From: a virus
Strand: one strand, 5' to 3'
IMG/VR virus record: IMGVR_UViG_3300045988_070385
Length of the DNA stretch: 28,859 nt
Of this stretch, positions 6,715 to 14,289 are shown in pieces (positions within the stretch are counted from its first letter, which is position 1; the number at the start of each line of letters is the position of its first letter). Made by a program: the position numbers and the translations under genes. The notes beneath the pieces are model-generated. The model saw nothing but the letters and a program-made list of their open reading frames with translations, made no database searches and was not told the DNA's origin.

Positions 6715-8850
6715 TTGTCTAAACTCGGATATAAAATCAGAAGTTTCTTCACGCGTCCAACGTCCCCCGCTTTGACTGAAGGGTGGACTAGGGTTAGCGG
6801 CAGTGGAACGCAAGTGATTCCACCGTATGACGCTTACGCGCAGATTTTTCCATATTCGAACGTCATTGCGGGGCGTTTCGCAACTATCATCCCTTATGCG
6901 GTTGATGCTCAGGGTGAGCGTATCAACCCGGCGCCACCGGCGCTCAAAGCATTGTACGCGCCTAATGACCAATTCTCTTGCCTTGAATTCCTGAAATTCA
7001 TCGCCAATAGCATTCTCACCCAGTCCCATCTTGATATCCTGATCTGGACGAATCAAGGCGGCTACATTCAACCGGGAGGCAACATTACCACGGACAATAT
7101 CGCTGGTTATACTTTCCTCCCACAAGATAGCAGACAGTGGGATAGCAGTCACACGACTTGGACGCATCGCGTCACCATGACCATTAACGGACGTTTGGAA
7201 ACCCGCACTTTTACCCGGAATGAGACTATCGCGCTCAGCTATTCCGCTCACCCGCTCGACCCGTCGCGTGGCATAAGTCCCGCGCAGACCATCCGCAAGT
7301 GGGCAAACGTTGACGACATGATAGCGGATTACGAGCGTGGCTTCTTCGCCAACGGTGCCGTCCCAGCGGGCATGATGGGTATCGTATCCGCTACCGCCGA
7401 TGATTTCACCCGCACCAAGAATCAGCTTGAGCAAGCATTCCAGGGAGCCGGACGCAATAACGGCGTGGTCTATAACATGATTCCCGTTGACCCGTTGAGT
7501 GGTAAACCGTCCGATACGGGGAAACTTGTGTGGGTTCCTTTCCAGCAGGCTAATAATTCGCTTGACTTGTCCAGCCTTAACGATGTGGTAAACAATCGAC
7601 TTGCAAGCGCTTTGGCCGTGCCGGATATCGTGCGCGGTATCGATAATGGCCAGACCTATGCTAATGCGGAGCAGGCGGAACGCGCGTTCATTGAAAACAC
7701 GTTGAAACCGTTGTGCATGACGGTGTGGGACAAATTCCAGTTCGAACTTGACCGCATTACCGGCGGACTCGGCTACGGCATTAATTTCACTTTGGACATT
7801 CCTGCGCAAACGGACGTGCGCAAGGTACAGGCCGACACTCAGGCCGTGCAGGTCGAGACCCTTATCAAGCTTATCAATGCTGGGGCGAGCGTGGAAACTG
7901 CTGTGAAGGCGTTGCATTTGCCCGACGAGTTCAATGCGTTGGAGTTGGAGCCTGCCGCACCGTCTCTTTTCGTGAAGCCGGAATCCCCGCAGGTTGTGCC
8001 GCAGATTCAGGCATCGAAAGATGATGACGTTAACACGGAACCGGTGAAACCGGACGTGGAAGAATCAACCGTAAGCAAGGCAACTAAGCTAGTCCGCAAA
8101 TACTATCGTAACTTGATTGACCTTAATCTAGCGGCGCATAGTTTCGCTAAGCCAGAAGTGGACAGTGGGGAGATTCAAGCCGAACTCGTAGACGGCCTTT
8201 TCTCGGTCTATGAGTCGGAAATCGTCGCATACGCGAACTCGACAGGCAAGACGATTATTCAAGCCATGCAGGAATTAGCCAAAACTAATCCAGACATTGC
8301 CAAGATTCTTGACGCTTGGACGCCCTCACAGATTGCCCAACTTGTCGGCTGGGAGACATTGCCGGATACGTTTGAAAAGGCGTACCGCAAGCAACTGACC
8401 AAGACTGTGGCCGCTGTGACGGGTACTGCGAATAAGAGCATTGCCAAGGTTATCTCGCAAGGCATCAAGGATAAGCTAGATTACAAGGAACTTGTACATG
8501 AATTGTACGGATTGCTTGACGATGACCGAGCCGAATTGCTGGCCGGGAACGAGTTGAGGAATGCTGAACGCTTGGGCAATCTCTACAGCGCTCAAAATCT
8601 AAGCAAGAAAACCGGCGTGACCTTGAAAAAGGTCTGGCACACTAGCGGTTTGGATGCCGGTAGCGAGCAGAAGCCGTGCCCATTCTGCGAGCATATGAAC
8701 GGCAAAGTGGTTGGCCTTGCGGAAAGCTTCATGGCCGAAGGTGACTCCATTGATATTGATGGTGAAACCTTCACCAATGACTATATCTCGATGACTACCG
8801 CGGCGGCGCACCCTAGGTGTCGTTGCACACAGACTTACGAGGTGGCTTGA
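6715..8850 (+). CDS. portal protein fused to a MuF/SPP1 gp7-like minor head protein domain
   Basis: The N-terminal ~420 aa has portal-like motifs (ERGFFANGAVPAGMMG, ANAEQAERAFIENTLKPL). The C-terminus has the MuF signature (CPFCEHMNGKVV...AAAHPRCRCTQ). TTG start with GAAAGACGG upstream. Confidence 0.8.
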   Translation: MSKLGYKIRSFFTRPTSPALTEGWTRVSGSGTQVIPPYDAYAQIFPYSNVIAGRFATIIPYAVDAQGERINPAPPALKALYAPNDQFSCLEFLKFIANSILTQSHLDILIWTNQGGYIQPGGNITTDNIAGYTFLPQDSRQWDSSHTTWTHRVTMTINGRLETRTFTRNETIALSYSAHPLDPSRGISPAQTIRKWANVDDMIADYERGFFANGAVPAGMMGIVSATADDFTRTKNQLEQAFQGAGRNNGVVYNMIPVDPLSGKPSDTGKLVWVPFQQANNSLDLSSLNDVVNNRLASALAVPDIVRGIDNGQTYANAEQAERAFIENTLKPLCMTVWDKFQFELDRITGGLGYGINFTLDIPAQTDVRKVQADTQAVQVETLIKLINAGASVETAVKALHLPDEFNALELEPAAPSLFVKPESPQVVPQIQASKDDDVNTEPVKPDVEESTVSKATKLVRKYYRNLIDLNLAAHSFAKPEVDSGEIQAELVDGLFSVYESEIVAYANSTGKTIIQAMQELAKTNPDIAKILDAWTPSQIAQLVGWETLPDTFEKAYRKQLTKTVAAVTGTANKSIAKVISQGIKDKLDYKELVHELYGLLDDDRAELLAGNELRNAERLGNLYSAQNLSKKTGVTLKKVWHTSGLDAGSEQKPCPFCEHMNGKVVGLAESFMAEGDSIDIDGETFTNDYISMTTAAAHPRCRCTQTYEVA

Positions 8851-8987
8851 TGGAAATCAAGTGTAAGAAGTGCGGACGTTTCCTAGGTGAGACGGAACAT
8901 AGCGTCCGTCTTATGCTCAAGTGTCCTAACTGCCGCGCCTACCTGTCCTATCACATCACAATGCTTAGTGAGAATCATTCTCATTAA
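8850..8987 (+). CDS. Com-like zinc-ribbon protein, 45 aa
   Basis: Translated by eye: MEIKCKKCGRFLGETEHSVRLMLKCPNCRAYLSYHITMLSENHSH. The two CxxC pairs have the spacing and flanking residues of phage Mu Com (IRCKNC...IRCPRC). The start overlaps the portal stop (TGATG). Confidence 0.55.
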   Translation: MEIKCKKCGRFLGETEHSVRLMLKCPNCRAYLSYHITMLSENHSH

Positions 8988-9051
8988 TAGTGTTAGAATC
9001 AGTGTAGAGCAATAAAGCCCCGTAAGGACGCTCCAAACGTAAGGAAAGTGA

Positions 9052-10812
9052 ATGCAACAGACACTCACATGCGACGCGAACACTGTCAGCAGTGACGGCC
9101 ACACGTTGACGTTCCTTGCCAACTCCGGTACGCGCATGACCAATGGCTACACGGTAGACCTTGCAACACTGCAAGCCCCCGTGAACGACGGCCAACTTAA
9201 GCTCGTAACCGACCTGACCGAATCTGACCGACTGACCTTGCCGCTACTGCTCGACCATATGCCGAGCATCACGGCGCAAGTCGGCATCATCGAGAAACTT
9301 TGGTTTGATGATGACGGATTAATGGCTCAGGCTCGACTAAGCGACAATGAGCAAGGCCAGAACGTGCAACAGTTGGCAAGTGAAGGAATGCTAACGAACT
9401 CTTTCAGCATCACAATCGACTTCGACAATGACCCCGACGAAAACGGTGTAATCCATAACGCCGAACTAGTCGAAATCAGCGTGGTCTATCGAGGTGCCGA
9501 CAGTAAAGCCGTATTCCGTAGTCTAAACAATATTGAAGGAAAAATAATGGAACTCAAGAATAATCTCACCAAGGATGAAGCGCAATCCCTGATTGACCAA
9601 ATCACGGACGCTATCAATGGACTGACCGAAAAGAACGACGACAACACCGAGCCAGAAGAGCCGGTACAGTCCAATGAGGCAGAAAATAGCAAGGAGGGTG
9701 ACACCGTGGCTAATGGTCGAACCAATATCATCATCAACAGCGCGGGCGGTGCGCGTCAGTCTCTCGCCAAGACCAGTGACCCGCTGAAGGACTGGCTGAA
9801 GAGCGAGGACGCTACCAAGGCTTACGAGCAGGCGTTGTGGCGTACCGATAATCAGGGTGTGCAGGGCTTTAAGAATGCTTGGCGTGAGGAACTTGCACGC
9901 CACGCCTATGCTGACAATGCTTCTATTGATGAAGCTAGTGTTGGCAAGCTTGTCCCGACAAGCGTTATTACGGAGATTGAAGACGTTCTCAATAAGGCTA
10001 GCGAGCTGTGGCCGCTGTATCGTAAGCTTGATGTGGACAGCTTCACTGTTGGCGCTCAGCTGGCAGGCTTGACCGATGATACTCGCGCTCACGGCTACAA
10101 GGTTGCTGACTATGGTACCTCGAAGAAGACGCAGAAGTTTAATCTTGTGGAACGTAAGCTTGCCGCCGATTTCGTGGTGAAATATGCAGTACTTAACAAG
10201 GGCGATATCCGCCGCACCGACAAGCCCGGCGCACTCGTCAAGTATCTGCTGGCCGAAATGCCGAACTACATTCTGCACGCGATCGACCGTCAGATTATTC
10301 TTGGCGGCTATACCGACCTTGATTTCTTCCGCTCCGTGCAGACCGACGCTAAGGACACTTCCAGCGAGTTCGCGGGGAAGAATTTCGTTCTGAGCGCGGC
10401 CGAGGGTACTCGTGCTAATCTCGTGCTTGATGTGGTTGGCCTTGCATCCAAGATTACCGCCACCGGTACCAAGGTGCTCGTGCTCAGCCCCGATACCAAG
10501 GTGGATATTATCACTGCGGCTGATGGTATTGGCCGTCCGCTCGTCGGCTACGGTAATGATAATCTCGCCGCCTACCTTGGCGTGGATAAGGTTATCACCC
10601 CGGATTGGTGGACTGATGCGGACGACGCTACGACCCGTGCCGTGATTATCGTTCCGGAAGCCTATGGCGTTGTTGGTGACACGTCTATCAGCGCTTTCAC
10701 TAATTTTGCGCTGAAGACTAATGAGCAGGAATACCTGAGTGAAATCTTCGCTGGTGGTGCTCTGACCAAGGTCAAGAGTGCCGGTATTCTGACTCCGAAG
10801 GCTGGCGCCTGA
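9052..10812 (+). CDS. prohead serine protease (HK97/S78-like) fused to a major capsid protein
   Basis: The N-terminal ~165 aa is protease-like (LPLLLDH...QVG, LTNSFSI, EISVVYRGAD). An acidic linker follows, then a ~370-aa HK97-fold-like capsid region. SD AAGGAAAG. A terminator-like hairpin follows the gene. Confidence 0.75.
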   Translation: MQQTLTCDANTVSSDGHTLTFLANSGTRMTNGYTVDLATLQAPVNDGQLKLVTDLTESDRLTLPLLLDHMPSITAQVGIIEKLWFDDDGLMAQARLSDNEQGQNVQQLASEGMLTNSFSITIDFDNDPDENGVIHNAELVEISVVYRGADSKAVFRSLNNIEGKIMELKNNLTKDEAQSLIDQITDAINGLTEKNDDNTEPEEPVQSNEAENSKEGDTVANGRTNIIINSAGGARQSLAKTSDPLKDWLKSEDATKAYEQALWRTDNQGVQGFKNAWREELARHAYADNASIDEASVGKLVPTSVITEIEDVLNKASELWPLYRKLDVDSFTVGAQLAGLTDDTRAHGYKVADYGTSKKTQKFNLVERKLAADFVVKYAVLNKGDIRRTDKPGALVKYLLAEMPNYILHAIDRQIILGGYTDLDFFRSVQTDAKDTSSEFAGKNFVLSAAEGTRANLVLDVVGLASKITATGTKVLVLSPDTKVDIITAADGIGRPLVGYGNDNLAAYLGVDKVITPDWWTDADDATTRAVIIVPEAYGVVGDTSISAFTNFALKTNEQEYLSEIFAGGALTKVKSAGILTPKAGA

Positions 10813-10824
10813 CGATAAGTGACG

Positions 10825-10859
10825 GGGGTAGGGTTACGACTCTACCCCATCTCGTTTTT
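10825..10859 (+). terminator. hairpin plus T run after the capsid gene
   Basis: GGGGTAG-10 nt-CTACCCC, then atctcgTTTTT. The T run is offset from the stem. Confidence 0.45.
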
Positions 10860-10870
10860 AAGGATTAGAT

Positions 10871-11107
10871 ATGACTAACATTTATGCTCACCTTGCGGAC
10901 GGTGACGCGCCAAAGAATCAACATATCACCGAAGTAAGTTTCGTTGATAACTCCGGGAAGAACATTAACTTCAGTGCCCAACTGGATGATACCGGAAACG
11001 CGTTGGCAAATCTTCGTAAGCTTACCAAGTTGCAGAGTGACGCGGGACTGGCTGACGTTATCACCACCGTGAACGCGATTCTTGAAGCCATCAAGTCCAA
11101 TGCGTAA
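10871..11107 (+). CDS. hypothetical head-associated protein, 78 aa
   Basis: AAGGA SD and a position between the capsid and connector genes. No motif recognised. Confidence 0.5.
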   Translation: MTNIYAHLADGDAPKNQHITEVSFVDNSGKNINFSAQLDDTGNALANLRKLTKLQSDAGLADVITTVNAILEAIKSNA

Positions 11108-11120
11108 CAGGTAGAATAGT

Positions 11121-11150
11121 AGGGGTATCCCAATGTGGGGTGCCCCTTTT
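11121..11150 (+). terminator. hairpin plus T-rich tail
   Basis: AGGGGTA...TGCCCCT with an inner CCCA/TGGG pairing, followed by TTTcgTaTaTTT. Confidence 0.4.
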
Positions 11151-11168
11151 CGTATATTTGGAGGAAAA

Positions 11169-11810
11169 ATGTCTTTTATCCCGATTGAGAATATTGGCGG
11201 TGAGAACGCTCGTAAATGGTTGCCGACTATACTGCCCGCATTGCAGAAACTTTTATGTGGCGCAATGGTGTCTCAAGCTACCGGAGCCAACCCAGCTATC
11301 GTGAGTGAAGATGGTCAAACAATTGTTCTAGCCGCATGGTATAGCAGTATTACCAGAGTGACGGTTAACGATAATCCAGTCGCATTCACATTCAATCCGA
11401 CTGTGGGCGACATGGATTACACTACCGGCCAAATCGAACAAATGTACGGCAACACGCTCACCCTCGAAACCAAGGCAGAGCCGGGCACTGTAGTAACCGT
11501 CGCAGGAACATACGGTTTCGATACCCTCCCGGCTAGTCTGCAATCTGTGTTGTCCGGTATGGCCAGTGCAATGCAACGACATGCGGACGAAACGGATGTA
11601 ATCACCAGCAAGAGCATCGAAGACGTTAGCGTGTCCTACCAACGGAACACAGCCACCGACACGCTCACTCAAGCAATCCAACCATATCTAACCGTCATTA
11701 ACATGTGGAGTCTCTGCGATAAGCCGTTAGGCGTCGGAGGTATCGCGACACCCAACACACTGCCAGTAGTGCCGTATTGGATTGGGGACGGTGATGGCCT
11801 TGGATTGTAA
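11169..11810 (+). CDS. putative head-tail connector/adaptor protein
   Basis: Strong GGAGG SD before ATG 11169; the ORF-track start at 11133 lacks one. The function is inferred from position only. Confidence 0.45.
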   Translation: MSFIPIENIGGENARKWLPTILPALQKLLCGAMVSQATGANPAIVSEDGQTIVLAAWYSSITRVTVNDNPVAFTFNPTVGDMDYTTGQIEQMYGNTLTLETKAEPGTVVTVAGTYGFDTLPASLQSVLSGMASAMQRHADETDVITSKSIEDVSVSYQRNTATDTLTQAIQPYLTVINMWSLCDKPLGVGGIATPNTLPVVPYWIGDGDGLGL

Positions 11811-12159
11811 TCCATTCAAACTTTTTCCCGACCAAGTGGAAACCGTCGAACTATGGAAGTATGCGAGCAGTGAACGAAACAACAAGAAGCTAGCGGACGT
11901 ACACGCGATAATCAAACGTTCAACCAACTCCGACGCGTTCGGAGACTATGGTGTACGTATCGCCACTCGCCGATTCCACCTGCAAGCCGAAGACATACCA
12001 GCAGACCTACGCGACCCCGACATGCTATTAGACCTGATAGTCAAAACCAAAAACCGAGCGTTCAAAATCACTCAAGCAAGCCAAGGTGACGACATGACCA
12101 CCGGGGAAACCCGATTCATCACAGTCTACGCGCAACCCTACGGAAGGAGCACACTATGA
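11794..12159 (+). CDS. putative head closure / head-tail joining protein
   Basis: Size, position and overlap with neighbouring genes. Weak resemblance to head-closure proteins. Confidence 0.4.
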   Translation: MALDCNPFKLFPDQVETVELWKYASSERNNKKLADVHAIIKRSTNSDAFGDYGVRIATRRFHLQAEDIPADLRDPDMLLDLIVKTKNRAFKITQASQGDDMTTGETRFITVYAQPYGRSTL

Positions 12160-12500
12160 GCCTACAAGTCACAATCAATAAAAGCGTGTATGAGCAAGGC
12201 CGTCAAGCCATGCGCAACGGGCTAGCCCACATGCTCACAGATATCCACAAGGATGCAGTAACCAACGCGCCAATCGGCAAAGCCCCCGAAGACAAACACC
12301 CCGGACTATTGAAAACTTCAGGCCGTTTCAAACTCCAAGGAATGAAAGGCTATGTCTCCTTCGGTGGAGGCAGAGTCCCATACGCCAAACGCCGAGAATA
12401 CGAAAACCATCGACACCCCGGCACAAGACTCTACCTACATCGTGCAGTAGCTAAAGCCCAAGCACACGCGGACAACTATTTCCAAAGGATACTAAAATGA
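12156..12500 (+). CDS. HK97 gp10-like neck/tail-joining protein
   Basis: APIGKAPEDKHPGLLKTSGRF...VPYAKRREYEN resembles the gp10-family pattern (P..tG.L..S ... YA...E). ATGA coupling with the upstream gene. Confidence 0.5.
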   Translation: MSLQVTINKSVYEQGRQAMRNGLAHMLTDIHKDAVTNAPIGKAPEDKHPGLLKTSGRFKLQGMKGYVSFGGGRVPYAKRREYENHRHPGTRLYLHRAVAKAQAHADNYFQRILK

Positions 12501-12937
12501 TTGAACTGGCAGTAGCATTAGACCTACAAGAACACGGCTTCGGCATCTATGGGGAAACCATCTTCGTAAACGAAAGCCCCATATTAGACACGGGCGCAGT
12601 CAGCAGTAAGGATGGCATCTGGATAACCTCAACCACCGTAAGCAACGGCAACGGGCATTACACTGACCAACTCACCATAAGCACACGCTTCTACGATGTA
12701 ATCCGACAAGGCGAATACCTCCTAAAACTCATGGAATACATCAACACGCAACTAGTAGACCAATGCACGCTAAGCTGTCAACCCGAAAGCCCAATAGTCT
12801 ACAATAAGCTCACCATAAGCCCCGCAAGCAGTATAGACCTAGACGCGGTAGACAGTGAAGGCCATTATGTGAAAAGCATCCACTTCACCATCACCTACCC
12901 ACTCCCAGACTTAAACGGGGTAAAAGTGATAAACTAG
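12497..12937 (+). CDS. putative tail terminator / tail completion protein
   Basis: Lies immediately upstream of the major tail gene. The N-terminal L..L...GFG.YG..IF pattern is seen in such proteins. Confidence 0.4.
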   Translation: MIELAVALDLQEHGFGIYGETIFVNESPILDTGAVSSKDGIWITSTTVSNGNGHYTDQLTISTRFYDVIRQGEYLLKLMEYINTQLVDQCTLSCQPESPIVYNKLTISPASSIDLDAVDSEGHYVKSIHFTITYPLPDLNGVKVIN

Positions 12938-12984
12938 GAACTAAGCAGAAAATGATAATCATTCTCAATAAGGAGTAACACAAT

Positions 12985-13560
12985 ATGGCCACCACAGACT
13001 ACAGTCTAATCGGCAAGAAAACCGTATACATCGGTCAGGAAGAATTTGCGCCCGAACTCGTCGGCTCCGATGGTATCACCATCACACTCACCCCGAACAC
13101 GGTGGATGTGGAGTCTCAAGCCGGAACCATTAGTGTTCCTACCGGAACCTATAGCGAGATCAGCGCCACTATTCCACTCATCATCCCAAACATGGCAGTG
13201 CTTGGCCGCATCTTCCCAAGTCTTGCTACCAAGGGCACGGCAGGAACCAAGGTCACGTTCGGTGCGGGTGAATGCTCCGCCATCACTAGCGAGCCTATCG
13301 TGATTCACAATACTTGTGACGCGGACAGTACGAACGACGTGTATATCCCGGCCGCCCTGATTCAGAACGGTGGCGAGTTCACCATCGGTAGCACGAGTGA
13401 CCCGGTGACTATCGAACTGAACGTTACCATGCTCCCTGACGAGAAGGGTTACGTTAACTTCGGTTGCTCCGACCCGTCGAAGCGCACTAAGTATGACCCG
13501 GAACAGCAGAAGTACGTTGACGTGGCGGACTCGGGAAAAGCTAACACCGTTCAGGAGTAA
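12985..13560 (+). CDS. major tail protein
   Basis: Strong AAGGAG SD and a position just before the chaperone pair and tape measure. Composition is Thr/Ser/Gly/Val-rich, suggesting a beta-rich fold. Confidence 0.6.
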   Translation: MATTDYSLIGKKTVYIGQEEFAPELVGSDGITITLTPNTVDVESQAGTISVPTGTYSEISATIPLIIPNMAVLGRIFPSLATKGTAGTKVTFGAGECSAITSEPIVIHNTCDADSTNDVYIPAALIQNGGEFTIGSTSDPVTIELNVTMLPDEKGYVNFGCSDPSKRTKYDPEQQKYVDVADSGKANTVQE

Positions 13561-13572
13561 GGAGACTAAACC

Positions 13573-13926
13573 ATGTCTGAAATCGTCACTATCGATACTC
13601 GCGAACAAACAGAGGAACACACTTTCAAACTGATTACCTCCAACAATCCCGAAGGCATGGTGTTCACCGTTAACCCGATGGGCGCGGGCACTTACCTCAA
13701 GTTCATGGACAAGGTGAAAACGCTTCAAGCATTGAACGCTCAGGACATGAGCAGTAAGCAATTGCTGAAGATTCAAAACGACTTGTGCAATCTGCTTATC
13801 CCACTCGTCTCCCCGACCGACGAGTTTAAAACGTGGGCTGAGGAGGCGGAACAGAAATACCCGCTAGCATACCAGCAGGTTATGCGTCAGATTATGCGTT
13901 TCGTGTTCGGCAAAACGTATTTCTAA
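13573..13926 (+). CDS. tail assembly chaperone (G-like)
   Basis: Position and size upstream of the tape measure gene. AAGGAG SD. Confidence 0.5.
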   Translation: MSEIVTIDTREQTEEHTFKLITSNNPEGMVFTVNPMGAGTYLKFMDKVKTLQALNAQDMSSKQLLKIQNDLCNLLIPLVSPTDEFKTWAEEAEQKYPLAYQQVMRQIMRFVFGKTYF

Positions 13927-13940
13927 ATTGGGGGTAGTCA

Positions 13941-14288
13941 ATGACGGTGCATAAGGTCATTGACGATTTTACGCCGGAGCAGTTAGCAAAGCTTAAAGCC
14001 ATGAAACAGGCTGAGAGCAAGTCTAAGGCTTCGGCGTTTTTTCGTGATGATGAACTACTACTGGCCGAGTTCGGCAAATATTACGGTTGGCAGGCTGTCC
14101 GAGACGTGCTAGCTGACGAGGTGAGTTACGAGACTTTCATAGCCTTATTGAACGCTGGGCGGAGTCTCGCAATCCGTGACCGCATACTACACGTTAATGA
14201 CATGTATGTTGCGGTTGGAGCGTCACAAGCAAAAAAGGGAGACAAGGTGTTAAAGCAATACGTGAAGCAATTGGAACGGAGTATGTGA
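13941..14288 (+). CDS. second tail assembly chaperone-like protein (T-like, independently initiated)
   Basis: It is in the -1 frame relative to 13573..13926. A TAG at 13935..13937 closes that frame upstream, so it must start at its own ATG. Confidence 0.45.
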   Translation: MTVHKVIDDFTPEQLAKLKAMKQAESKSKASAFFRDDELLLAEFGKYYGWQAVRDVLADEVSYETFIALLNAGRSLAIRDRILHVNDMYVAVGASQAKKGDKVLKQYVKQLERSM

Positions 14289-14289
14289 T

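Noticed and set aside
6607-7917. 436-aa ORF antisense to the portal gene, plus other long antisense ORFs (9523..10278, 13006..13776, 15859..16374, 18384..19214, 19211..19858, 1181..1705).
   Set aside because: Each lies entirely opposite a + or - strand gene with recognisable domains or a clear operon context. They are Arg/His/Ser-rich, lack SD sequences and show no motifs, which is typical of shadow ORFs.
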